This document shows, piece by piece, positions 9,792 to 19,299 of a DNA stretch of 50,326 nucleotides. The stretch covers positions 1,430 to 51,755 of the forward strand of contig PLMK01000028.1 in assembly GCA_003142475.1 (NCBI GenBank), read 5' to 3'. The notes under the pieces were generated by a model that was not told the DNA's origin, ran no database searches, and worked only from the letters and a program-made list of their open reading frames with translations. The DNA comes from Ignavibacteriota bacterium (GTDB lineage Bacteria > Bacteroidota > Ignavibacteria > UBA10030). Every line of letters begins with the position of its first letter. Within the stretch, counting starts at the first letter, position 1. Made by a program: the position numbers and the translations under genes.

Positions 9792-11900
9792 TTATCGGAA
9801 GTATTTATCTCGATGATCAACAATGTTTGCCTTCTCATGCAGTGCTGTCTGCCAATCCATCAGCGCACGCTGACGCTTTTCCTGCAATAGTTGTGTACGA
9901 AGCGATTCACGCTCCATACTGTACCTTGTTGTATCGATTTCTGTTTTCGACAATAATTTTATGATATAGTAACCGAGATTACCTTCAAATGGTTTTGACA
10001 ACTCACCGGACTTCATCGCAAGTGCGGTACCTATAAATTTCAGATCACGCCCAACGTTGGCTGGCCCATCTATCGGTTTGAATGGACCAGTTATTTGTGC
10101 TGTTAAATTCGGGTTGGATTGCGCCATGGCAATTAAGTCGCTTGAAGAATTCAGAGTTTTGTAGAATGCATCTACATCAGGGCGTATCTTCGCCAGCTTT
10201 TTCTCTTTTAGTGCTAACGAACGAACAACGCTTTTCACTTCATCAAATGGACGGATGCCTTCTTCTCTGATGTTCGATACCTTAATTATAATCACGCCAT
10301 TTCGCACATAAATTGGATCGGCAATTGCTCCAACTTTATTGCTAAATGCAAAGTTCGTTATTGCATCGTTTAAACCGATGCCGGGAATTGATCCCGTTTT
10401 TGTGAACTCCGGCGTTTCTTGTACTGTAAGCTTACTATTCTCAGCGGCTTTCTCAAATCCTTCATCCTTCGCTAATATACCAAAGTCTTGCGCCTGCTGG
10501 AAAGCGGCATCTAATGTTTGTGCGCTTGCTTTCACTTTCATAGCAAGATCAAGAACTTTCATTTCGCGTTTATCTTTGCCAGTTACCTTAATAATGTGCC
10601 AACCAAATTGCGTACGCACCGGGCCAACAATATCGCCCACTCGCGCGTTAAATGCTGCATCAGCAAATGGTTTCACCCAGCGATCTTTTGACGCCCATCC
10701 AAGCTCGCCACCTTGCATTGCAGAACCGTCCTGACTATTCTCACGAGCAAGTTTTGCGAAATCGGCACCGGAACGCGCTTGCGCCAGAAGTGCACGTGCT
10801 TTCTGAATCACTTTTACACTATCCGGACCAGAGACTAAATTCAGCAAGATGTGGCTGGATTTGACGAATTCTGTTGTCCCTTGCCGCTGATCAAGAATTT
10901 TGATGATGTGAATACCGTCATTATCGTTGATCGGACCAATAATATCGCCTTTCTTTGCAGAATAAATTGCATTCTCTTTTTTCTGGCTTAACTCACCATG
11001 CTTGAAAAATGCTTCGGTGGAAGGAACTTCAGAATATGTTTTTACAAGTTCATCAAAATCCATAACGCCGGATTTTGCTTGCTCCAACAAACGCTTTATT
11101 TCTATTTCTACAGCTGCCGAATCTTCTGAAGAGGCATTCTGGTTGAAAAGAACATATTTAACTTTCCGCGCGGCTTTCGCTTGGAAGTCAGCAGCGTGAG
11201 AATCGTACTGCTTCCTCATATCATCATCTGACACAGTTACAGCGGATTCTGGTACAAGTCGATTGATATTAAATAAAATATAGGCTGCATCCATTGTCAC
11301 GTTGTGATCGATGAAGCGCTGTTTCAATTCACCTTCGCTCGCATTGACATTTGCCAGCAAAAGACTTTGCAGTTTCCGGCGTTTCTGCTCTTGACGAAGC
11401 ATTTCTTCCACTTGAATCCACGCAGATTTATTTTGCGGATCTCTCATTGCTTGTTGATATGCATCTCGTCGGAATGTCCCAGTGGAATCTGTAAATTGCT
11501 TTACCAGAAACTCCGGCGGATTCTGCCCGTTTACAATATCTCGAATCTCTTGGTCTGTTACTGTAATACCGAGGCGGTCAATTTCTTGTTCGATCAGCAT
11601 TTCATCTACAAGCTGATTCCATACTTGCGAACGAATCTGCCGTTCGGTTTCATCGTCAATGTCGCTGCCTTGCTGTTTCTTCTGGTTTTCGGCTGCTCGC
11701 CGCACCAATTCACTGTACTGCTTGTAACTCACTTCTTTGCCGTTCACTTTGCCAAGCACTTCAGCTGTGCTGCCGCCACGCCCCTTGCGTCCAGAGATAT
11801 CGAAGCCCCAGTCGAAAATGATTAGGGCGATAAAAATAATTGCCGCACCGGCAATAATAAATTTTGGAGATTTTTCGCGTATATCATTCAATACAGCCAT
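9792..11900 (-). CDS. ppiD: Membrane-anchored periplasmic peptidyl-prolyl isomerase (PpiD/SurA-like)
   Basis: N-terminal TM, SurA_N-like region, parvulin motifs SHILL, FAKLARENSQDGSAMQGGELGW, GPVRTQFGWHIIKV; GAGGAG SD. Confidence 0.85.
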   Translation of the reverse strand: MAVLNDIREKSPKFIIAGAAIIFIALIIFDWGFDISGRKGRGGSTAEVLGKVNGKEVSYKQYSELVRRAAENQKKQQGSDIDDETERQIRSQVWNQLVDEMLIEQEIDRLGITVTDQEIRDIVNGQNPPEFLVKQFTDSTGTFRRDAYQQAMRDPQNKSAWIQVEEMLRQEQKRRKLQSLLLANVNASEGELKQRFIDHNVTMDAAYILFNINRLVPESAVTVSDDDMRKQYDSHAADFQAKAARKVKYVLFNQNASSEDSAAVEIEIKRLLEQAKSGVMDFDELVKTYSEVPSTEAFFKHGELSQKKENAIYSAKKGDIIGPINDNDGIHIIKILDQRQGTTEFVKSSHILLNLVSGPDSVKVIQKARALLAQARSGADFAKLARENSQDGSAMQGGELGWASKDRWVKPFADAAFNARVGDIVGPVRTQFGWHIIKVTGKDKREMKVLDLAMKVKASAQTLDAAFQQAQDFGILAKDEGFEKAAENSKLTVQETPEFTKTGSIPGIGLNDAITNFAFSNKVGAIADPIYVRNGVIIIKVSNIREEGIRPFDEVKSVVRSLALKEKKLAKIRPDVDAFYKTLNSSSDLIAMAQSNPNLTAQITGPFKPIDGPANVGRDLKFIGTALAMKSGELSKPFEGNLGYYIIKLLSKTEIDTTRYSMERESLRTQLLQEKRQRALMDWQTALHEKANIVDHRDKYFR

Positions 11901-11957
11901 GTCAGGACAACTCCTCTTTCTTAATCGAGACTTGAAATTACTTTTTTTACGTTGATA

Positions 11958-11986
11958 AATATAGCCGACAATCGCTTGATATGCAA
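11958..11986 (-). promoter_or_regulatory. sigma70-type promoter for ppiD
   Basis: TTGCAT-17 nt-TATATT on the minus strand, back-to-back with the secD promoter. Confidence 0.65.
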
Positions 11987-11997
11987 TGACTTTCTTG

Positions 11998-12026
11998 TTG
12001 ACTTTGTTGGCATATCAGGTTATATT
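11998..12026 (+). promoter_or_regulatory. sigma70-type promoter for secDF
   Basis: TTGACT-17 nt-TATATT. Confidence 0.7.
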
Positions 12027-12137
12027 TTCGAACGAAAATTTATTTACGACTGTAATTTTCATACAAAGCGCGAAGAGGTGTATTGTCGCGCTTTGTTTCT
12101 TCATTTATCATCAATGCTATAAGTGTGGAGACAATTT

Positions 12138-14027
12138 GTGAGAAATCAGCTAACCAGAATTATTATCACCGTCTGTTTTGTCGTCCTTGCAGTTTATTTT
12201 CTTTGGCCGACCATACAGGATTATAACTATCGCAAACAACTCAGCAAGCTTTCAGGACAGGACAGCATCGCGTATGCAGAAAAAAATCACGATGACATGT
12301 TGAATGCAAAGCTGAAACGTATGAAGCTGGGCTTGGATTTACAAGGCGGAATGCGTGTTGTGCTGGAAGTGGATGTCATCCAATTGCTGGATGATATGGC
12401 AAAGAACAAGGATGACAACTTCAGGGCGATCATTAAAGAAGTGCGCAATGAAACCGCATCAAACGACTTTTCTATTATTCCATTCTTCGTTAAAAAATTC
12501 CAGGATCGTAGTATTCGCTTAAGCAGATACTACGGTAGCATGCGCGATGACGACGACAAGGTTACAAAAACGCTTGAGGATGAATCTGGAAAAGCGGTTG
12601 ATCGCGCCAGCGAAATAGTAAGAAATCGCATTGATCAATACGGCGTCTCTGAACCAACGATTCAGAAACAAGGCGGACGCCGTGTCATCGTCGAATTGCC
12701 GGGCGTGAAAGATGAAAACGAAGTACGTTCGTTACTGCAGGGAACGGCAATGTTAGAATTCAGAATGTTAAAGGACCCGCAGGTTTCATATAAGGTGATG
12801 GAATCCATCGACAAATTCCTTACCGGCAAATTAGAAACTGATACTATTTCCTCATCTACGGCATCCACAGAAAAAGGAAAGGAACCAGCAAAACGTAAAG
12901 ATGCTCTTACCGAATTAACCGGTGGTGCGGCGGCGGTTGCTGAAACGGATACGACGAAGGAAGCTCAGTTTGCGCGCGAGCATCCGTTCTTCATGTATGT
13001 AAAACCAGACCAGCGCGGTTCCGGCGAAGGATATATAGCTGAAAAAGATAAAGAGCGCGTTGTCCGATTGCTTAATCGGCCGGAAGTTCAACAGATTATT
13101 CCATCAGATTTTGAATTTCTCTGGTCTGCCAAAGTCCAGACATTTCAGAACGGGCAAAAGTTTTATCTTTTGTACGCCGTAAAGAAGACATCTGAACTTA
13201 CAGGCAATGTTGTTACCAACGCGCAAGCGAGTGTAGATCCAGAAGACAATCGCCCCATAGTGAATATGGAAATGAATAGTGAAGGTGCACGAGATTGGGC
13301 TCGCATCACTGGAGCTAATATCGGCAAACGAGTAGCCATCATCATGGACAAAGGAATATTCTCAGCGCCGGTTGTGCAGGCAAAAATCACCGGCGGTCGT
13401 TCACGCATTACCGGAATGGATTCTCCGAATGAAGCACGTCTATTAGAAATTGTGCTTAAGGCAGGTGCATTGCCGGCACCGGTTTCTATCATTGAGCAGC
13501 GATCAATTGGACCATCGCTCGGCGAAGATTCAATACATGCTGGTCTTACAGCAATTTTTATTTCTTTCATTCTCATAGTTCTCTTTATGGTTGTGTATTA
13601 TCATTCAGCAGGTGCTGTAGCCGACTTCGCTTTATTCTTCAACATCTTGTTCATCCTCGGTGTTATGGCAAGCTTCGGTGCAACACTCACCCTCCCCGGT
13701 ATTGCAGGTATTGTGTTAACCATCGGTATGGCCGTAGATGCAAACGTTCTCGTGGATGAGCGTGTACGTGAAGAATTGGAGACTGGAAAAACTTTACGTG
13801 CAGCAATTGATACTGGATATCATAGGGCGTTCACTGCTATTTTTGACGGCCACGTTACTTCATTTCTGACGGGTATTGTACTATATCAATTTGGCTCAAG
13901 CGGGGTGCAGGGATTTGCGCTCACGCTGATGATTGGCTTGGTCGCAAATCTCTTTAGCGCGATCGTCATTACTCACGTAATTATGAACATTATGATGGAT
14001 AAAGGGTATCATCCAAAATTCGGATAA
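12138..14027 (+). CDS. secD: Protein translocase subunit SecD (start placed at GTG 12138; the ORF is open from 12123)
   Basis: LGLDLQGG, RIDQYGVSEP, AGALPAP, TLPGIAGIVLTIGMAVDANV; GGAG 7 nt before GTG 12138. Confidence 0.96.
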   Translation: MRNQLTRIIITVCFVVLAVYFLWPTIQDYNYRKQLSKLSGQDSIAYAEKNHDDMLNAKLKRMKLGLDLQGGMRVVLEVDVIQLLDDMAKNKDDNFRAIIKEVRNETASNDFSIIPFFVKKFQDRSIRLSRYYGSMRDDDDKVTKTLEDESGKAVDRASEIVRNRIDQYGVSEPTIQKQGGRRVIVELPGVKDENEVRSLLQGTAMLEFRMLKDPQVSYKVMESIDKFLTGKLETDTISSSTASTEKGKEPAKRKDALTELTGGAAAVAETDTTKEAQFAREHPFFMYVKPDQRGSGEGYIAEKDKERVVRLLNRPEVQQIIPSDFEFLWSAKVQTFQNGQKFYLLYAVKKTSELTGNVVTNAQASVDPEDNRPIVNMEMNSEGARDWARITGANIGKRVAIIMDKGIFSAPVVQAKITGGRSRITGMDSPNEARLLEIVLKAGALPAPVSIIEQRSIGPSLGEDSIHAGLTAIFISFILIVLFMVVYYHSAGAVADFALFFNILFILGVMASFGATLTLPGIAGIVLTIGMAVDANVLVDERVREELETGKTLRAAIDTGYHRAFTAIFDGHVTSFLTGIVLYQFGSSGVQGFALTLMIGLVANLFSAIVITHVIMNIMMDKGYHPKFG

Positions 14028-14067
14028 TCCATCATTCCACTAAACATGCAAATGTAAAGGATTTTCA

Positions 14068-15000
14068 ATGCGACTGTTTAAAAAAACGAATATCGATTTC
14101 ATCGGAAAACGCTTTTTCTGGTACATCGTTTCAACCATAATGGTGTTGATTGGGTTGGTCTCTATTGTCTTTAAAGGTATTAATTACGGGATTGATTTCC
14201 AGGGTGGAACAGAAATGATTGTGGCATTCAGCCCCAACGTAGATGTTGGAAATGTGCGTATTGTACTCGATAAAGTGGGACTCGGTAAAAGCGAAATCAA
14301 ATCCTACGGTAAAGAATCAACGCTTTTAATTCGAACAAGTGAACAAGGTGAAGGAACCATCATTGGTACAAAGATCAAGAATGCATTGACTGATGGATTC
14401 CCTGGCAACAACATCACAATTCTGCGCGAAGATAAAATAGGACCGAAGATTGGAAAAGAGCTCCGAACCTCTGCCCTCATGGCAGTCTTGTGGGCTCTTG
14501 GCGCCATTCTTGTATATATCGGACTTCGATTTAAATTCCGTTATGGTCTTGGAGCAACGATATCGATTTTCCATGATGTGTTGACAACATTTGGATTTCT
14601 TTCGATTATGAATGGATTGATCCCAGGGTTGAATCTCGAGATTACTCAGGAAGTCATTGCAGCATTTTTAACACTCATTGGTGTCTCGGTTAATGACACG
14701 GTCGTTATCTTTGACAGAATCAGAGAAAATGAGAAAATTTTCAAGACTATGCCGTTGGGAGATTTAATGAACAAGAGTTTGAACGAAACACTTAGCAGAA
14801 CCATCATAACATCAGGCACAATTTTTATGGTGTTGGTGATCCTATTGATTTTCGGCGGCGAAGTCAACCGCGGATTTGCGTTCACAATGGCGTTTGGAAT
14901 AGTCACCGGTACCTATTCGTCAATCTATGTGGCAAGTGCGTTTGTGCTCGACTGGACACGGTACAGAAATCGCAAAGCAGCAAAAACAGCCACAGCATAA
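14068..15000 (+). CDS. secF: Protein translocase subunit SecF
   Basis: GIDFQGGT, FHDV, SVNDTVVIFDRIRE, GTYSSIYVA. Confidence 0.96.
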   Translation: MRLFKKTNIDFIGKRFFWYIVSTIMVLIGLVSIVFKGINYGIDFQGGTEMIVAFSPNVDVGNVRIVLDKVGLGKSEIKSYGKESTLLIRTSEQGEGTIIGTKIKNALTDGFPGNNITILREDKIGPKIGKELRTSALMAVLWALGAILVYIGLRFKFRYGLGATISIFHDVLTTFGFLSIMNGLIPGLNLEITQEVIAAFLTLIGVSVNDTVVIFDRIRENEKIFKTMPLGDLMNKSLNETLSRTIITSGTIFMVLVILLIFGGEVNRGFAFTMAFGIVTGTYSSIYVASAFVLDWTRYRNRKAAKTATA

Positions 15001-15027
15001 TTCCTTCTTTCGGTTGAAAGGGTATCT

Positions 15028-15366
15028 ATGAAATTCAAAACGAAAGAGATTAAGGACGTCACAGTTATCGAGCTGGAAGGCAATGTGATGGGCGGTCCGG
15101 ATGCATCCGCTCTCAATGATTTTCTGCACAAACTCATCACCGAAGAAAAGAATCATGTTGTCGTTGATCTTAAGGAAGTTAGTTTTATTAACAGTTCGGG
15201 ACTTGGCATGCTTATCGGTGGGCTGACAACAATGCGCCACTCTGGCGGTGACTTAAAACTCGCACGAGCTTCCAAGAAAGTTGAGAATCTATTCGAAATG
15301 ACAAAGCTGCTAAAAGTGTTTGATCTTCACAAGAACGTGAATAATGCAATCGCGTCCTTCAAGTAA
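15028..15366 (+). CDS. STAS-domain anti-sigma factor antagonist
   Basis: 112 aa; VVVDLKEVSFINSSGLGML is a SpoIIAA/RsbV-like motif. Confidence 0.9.
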   Translation: MKFKTKEIKDVTVIELEGNVMGGPDASALNDFLHKLITEEKNHVVVDLKEVSFINSSGLGMLIGGLTTMRHSGGDLKLARASKKVENLFEMTKLLKVFDLHKNVNNAIASFK

Positions 15367-15439
15367 TTGCTGGTCCGCGGGTGTGATGAACATCCGCGTA
15401 ACCTCGCTTCTCATCTTCACTCCATCACACTGAATCCTA

Positions 15440-16078
15440 ATGCCATCTCAACCACTTTTTGTTGCGGTAGCAGGTAACATTGGCGCTGGGAAATCTTCGC
15501 TGGCACGGTTGCTGGGCGAACGCTTTCAATGGAAACCGTACTTTGAATCTGTAGATGACAATCCTTACCTCGCCGATTTTTATGGCGATATGTCACGCTG
15601 GTCATTTCATCTTCAAATCTATTTTCTTGCAAACCGATTTAAGTGTCATAAAGAAATTGTCGAATCGAGCGAGTCGGTAATTCAAGATCGCTCTATCTAT
15701 GAGGATGCAGAGATTTTTGCACGCAATCTGTATGACATTGGTAAAATGACAGAACGTGATTACGCCAACTACGTATCGCTATTTTATGTGATGATGGAAT
15801 ACCTTAAACCGCCCGATTTGATGATTTACCTTCGAGCGAATGTTGATACATTGGTAAAACAGATATCAAAACGTGGTCGTAATTTTGAACAGGGCATTCA
15901 GCGCTCGTATCTTGAGACACTCAATAAACTGTACGAAGATTGGATTACTCGCTATAAACTTGGTCCGCTACTTATTATTGAAAGCGACAACCTCGATTTT
16001 GTCAATAACAAAATTGACCTCGACTATATTCTAGCAAATGTAAAAGACCATCTGCCACAGATGCAGTTATTTGAATAA
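15440..16078 (+). CDS. Deoxynucleoside kinase (dGK/dAK family)
   Basis: AGNIGAGKS, NPYLADFY, DRSIYED, RGRNFE. Confidence 0.92.
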   Translation: MPSQPLFVAVAGNIGAGKSSLARLLGERFQWKPYFESVDDNPYLADFYGDMSRWSFHLQIYFLANRFKCHKEIVESSESVIQDRSIYEDAEIFARNLYDIGKMTERDYANYVSLFYVMMEYLKPPDLMIYLRANVDTLVKQISKRGRNFEQGIQRSYLETLNKLYEDWITRYKLGPLLIIESDNLDFVNNKIDLDYILANVKDHLPQMQLFE

Positions 16079-16197
16079 TAAGATAGGTGAATAATAAGTA
16101 GCGAGTAAAGGTAACTCTAGTGAAGGTTTTTTTTTATTTACAAGATAACCCACGCAAATTTATCACCCTTCGAAATCGCACTCTAACACACTTCATC

Positions 16198-16226
16198 TTG
16201 TTTCTCCTGCAACATTTCTCTACCTT
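16198..16226 (+). promoter_or_regulatory. Candidate sigma70-type promoter for the heme operon
   Basis: TTGTTT-17 nt-TACCTT, 30 nt upstream of the GTG start. Confidence 0.45.
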
Positions 16227-16256
16227 TTTTATTAACATTCTATAAGGGTAACCGTC

Positions 16257-17072
16257 GTGATTAACGCATTCAATTATACCCTACCAATTATTTACTTTGC
16301 TTTGGTGTGGACGTACGGTAAAGCATTCTTTGCCGATAAACTTTGGGCAAAACGAGCTAAAACACCAATCCTGATTGGTACTATTGCTCTTCACCTTCTT
16401 TCTCTAGCAGTCAGAGCAATAACATTTCGGCATCCGCCCGTCACTACGATATTTGAAATATTCACCGCACTGGCATGCTCTGTTGCGGTTACATACTATG
16501 TAATAGAGCTCTATTCGAAGCATAAAGAAACAGGTTATTTCATTCTAAACATCGCGTTTTTTTTTCAGCTTGCTTCATCCATCTTTATCAAAGACACACC
16601 GGAAGTTCCGGAAATTCTCCGCAGTCCTTTCTTTGGTACACACGTTAGCTCCGCACTTCTTGGATATGCCGCCATCACTATTGCTGGTGCGTATGGTTTG
16701 ATGTATCTGATGCTTTATCACGAAATGAAAGCGACACGATTCGGCGTTATCTATAAAAAGCTTCCCACGCTTGAAACTCTGGAACGAATGACATTTACCT
16801 CTGTGACGCTTGCTTTTTCCCTTCTTAGTATCGCTATCTTTTTCGGATTCGTATGGCTTAACCGCGCAATTGCTAACCCGAATTATTTCGATCCTAAATT
16901 CATTGGCACAATAGTTATATGGGCAATATATGGATTCATCGTAATCGCAAAAACGCTAAGTGGATGGAGAGGCCGCAAAGTTATGATTCTCTCTATTGTC
17001 GGGTTTCTGATCTCAATCTTCTCAATGACCATCATTAATATTTTCTTTAGCAGATTCCATAAGTTCTACTAA
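16257..17072 (+). CDS. CcsA/HemX-like cytochrome c assembly family membrane protein
   Basis: ~8 hydrophobic segments, conserved His (GTHV), LPTLETLE, FDPK, C-terminal His; directly upstream of hemA. Confidence 0.8.
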   Translation: MINAFNYTLPIIYFALVWTYGKAFFADKLWAKRAKTPILIGTIALHLLSLAVRAITFRHPPVTTIFEIFTALACSVAVTYYVIELYSKHKETGYFILNIAFFFQLASSIFIKDTPEVPEILRSPFFGTHVSSALLGYAAITIAGAYGLMYLMLYHEMKATRFGVIYKKLPTLETLERMTFTSVTLAFSLLSIAIFFGFVWLNRAIANPNYFDPKFIGTIVIWAIYGFIVIAKTLSGWRGRKVMILSIVGFLISIFSMTIINIFFSRFHKFY

Positions 17073-17073
17073 T

Positions 17074-18357
17074 ATGAATCTTCTTTGTATCGGCATATCG
17101 CATTATACAGCTCCATTGGATATTCGAGAAAAGCTATGGTTTTCTTCTGAGGAAACATCTCAAATTCTGTCTCTTTTAAAATCTATCGGTATAGGTGAAT
17201 GTGTAATGTTCTCGACTTGTAACAGAACCGAACTGTACGTGTTAACAGAGAACAACATGCTTCCATCGGAAGAAATTAAGGGAATATTAATTACGCAGAA
17301 ATCTGCAGAAGGCAAAGTCCAATTATCCGACTTATTCACACTTTCGGCAGGGGAAGCAGCGCGGCATCTTTTCCGTGTTGCCGCTGGCATTGATTCGATG
17401 GTACTGGGGGATGTACAGATTCTTGCGCAGGTGAAAGAGGGATTTCAGCTCGCCACCGAACTTGGCACGGCAGGAATTTTTATGAACCGCTTATTCCAAC
17501 TTGCTTTTCGTGCCGGCAAACGAGTACGCACAGAGACAGAAATCGGAGATGGTGCCGTCTCCGTCAGTTATGCCGCAGTAGAGCTAGCAGAGAAGATTTT
17601 TGATGATTTGAACAAGAAGTCTGCATTAGTCATTGGCGCCGGTGAAACAGCAGATTTAGCTGCGACACATTTGCGCGGCAAAAAAATCGGCAAGCTTTTC
17701 ATTACAAATCGCACACAGGAACACGCGGAGCAACTTGCGGCAAAAGTTCAGGGAACGGTCATTCCTTTTAGTAACTTATTCAATACCATTTACGATGCAG
17801 ATATTGTGATTTCCTCTATCGAAGTAAATCGGTTCATTCTCACAGCAACAGATATTCAGCGTGCTTTGAAACGCCACGGCAACAAAACATTATTTATAAT
17901 CGATATCGGTGTTCCACGCAACATCGATCCTGAAGTGAAAAATATTGAAAATGTTTTTCTCTATGATCTTGACACACTCAATTTGATGGTTGAAGAAAAC
18001 TTACGAAAACGCGGAGCAGAAATCCCAAAAGTCGAAGCTATTATTACAGAAGTCCTCGCTGAGTTGACGCATTGGTATTCTTCACTCGAAGTCAATCCGA
18101 CAATTACGGCACTCACACAATTTATGGAAAACATCCGCCAAGAAGAGCTTGCTAAAAATATAAACCGGTTCGATCCAAAAGACCGCGAACTTGTGGAGTT
18201 GGTGACAAAGCGCATCATTAATAAAATTATTCATGCGCCTATCGTTAATTTGAGAAATGGGCAAGAAACATCGCTCACGGAGCGTTTGCAAAGAATGAGC
18301 GCTATTCAAAAATTATTTGGCATTGCCAATCTCTCCAAGGAAGATCCCAATGCCTAA
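17074..18357 (+). CDS. hemA: Glutamyl-tRNA reductase
   Basis: STCNRTE, HLFRVAAGIDSMVLGD.QIL.Q, IGAGETA, DIGVPRNI. Confidence 0.96.
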   Translation: MNLLCIGISHYTAPLDIREKLWFSSEETSQILSLLKSIGIGECVMFSTCNRTELYVLTENNMLPSEEIKGILITQKSAEGKVQLSDLFTLSAGEAARHLFRVAAGIDSMVLGDVQILAQVKEGFQLATELGTAGIFMNRLFQLAFRAGKRVRTETEIGDGAVSVSYAAVELAEKIFDDLNKKSALVIGAGETADLAATHLRGKKIGKLFITNRTQEHAEQLAAKVQGTVIPFSNLFNTIYDADIVISSIEVNRFILTATDIQRALKRHGNKTLFIIDIGVPRNIDPEVKNIENVFLYDLDTLNLMVEENLRKRGAEIPKVEAIITEVLAELTHWYSSLEVNPTITALTQFMENIRQEELAKNINRFDPKDRELVELVTKRIINKIIHAPIVNLRNGQETSLTERLQRMSAIQKLFGIANLSKEDPNA

Positions 18358-19288
18358 TACTATTCGAATTGGCACTCGAGAGAGTGAACTTGCACTTTGG
18401 CAAACATATCATGTGAAATCGCTGCTTGAAACACATTTTCCCGGTATCGCTATCGATGTGCAAAAGATAAGAACCACAGGAGATAAAATCCTTGATGCGC
18501 CGCTCGCGAAAATTGGCGACAAAGGTCTTTTCACTAAAGAGCTTGAAATCGCTTTGTTGGATGGCCGTGTGGATATTGCCGTACATAGTTTCAAGGATGT
18601 TCCAACAATTGTTCCCGTGAGTCTTACCATTGCTGCTGTTCTTGAGAGAGAAGATGTGCACGATGTTTTTATTGCCAATCCGAAAAAATCACATCGAACG
18701 TTTATCGGCATTCCTAGGAACGCTATAATAGCAACGGGAAGTCTGCGCAGAAAATGTCAGTTGCTCAACACACGTTCCGATATACAAATTGTTGAAATTC
18801 GCGGTAATCTAAATACGCGGATAAATAAATTAGATGCATCTGAATGGGATGGAATGATTCTCGCAAAAGCAGGTGTCATACGTCTTGGTTGGGCGAAGCG
18901 CATTACAGCTGTTTTGCCGCTTGAACTCATGCTTCCAGCTGTCAGCCAAGGCGCATTGGCAATTGAAAGCAGGATTGGTGATCAGCGCATTGAAGAAATG
19001 CTTCGCCCACTTCACCATCGCCCAACAGCGTTAACAGTAATGGCAGAGCGTGCTCTTCTTCGTTATCTTGAAGGCGGATGCCAAATTCCTGTCGGTGCTT
19101 ATGGACAAATTATTGGAAATGAACTTCGACTCGATGCAGTGATTGGAAGTTTAGACGGGAAGCGAATTGTGCGAGGAAGTAAAGTCGGAACAATTGCTCA
19201 TGCTGAACAAATAGGAATTGAGTTAGCAAAAGAATTGCTTATACGAGGCGGAAAAGAAATTTTAGAGGAAATCAGACAAACATTCTGA
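18350..19288 (+). CDS. hemC: Hydroxymethylbilane synthase (porphobilinogen deaminase)
   Basis: IGTRESELALWQ, GDKGLFTKELE, AVHSFKD, EGGCQIPVG; ATG 18350 overlaps the end of hemA. Confidence 0.96.
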   Translation: MPNTIRIGTRESELALWQTYHVKSLLETHFPGIAIDVQKIRTTGDKILDAPLAKIGDKGLFTKELEIALLDGRVDIAVHSFKDVPTIVPVSLTIAAVLEREDVHDVFIANPKKSHRTFIGIPRNAIIATGSLRRKCQLLNTRSDIQIVEIRGNLNTRINKLDASEWDGMILAKAGVIRLGWAKRITAVLPLELMLPAVSQGALAIESRIGDQRIEEMLRPLHHRPTALTVMAERALLRYLEGGCQIPVGAYGQIIGNELRLDAVIGSLDGKRIVRGSKVGTIAHAEQIGIELAKELLIRGGKEILEEIRQTF

Positions 19289-19299
19289 ACCATACCATC

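Noticed and set aside
16072-16098. 11-bp direct repeat TGAATAATAAG at the kinase stop
   Set aside because: Only two AT-rich copies; no function can be supported.
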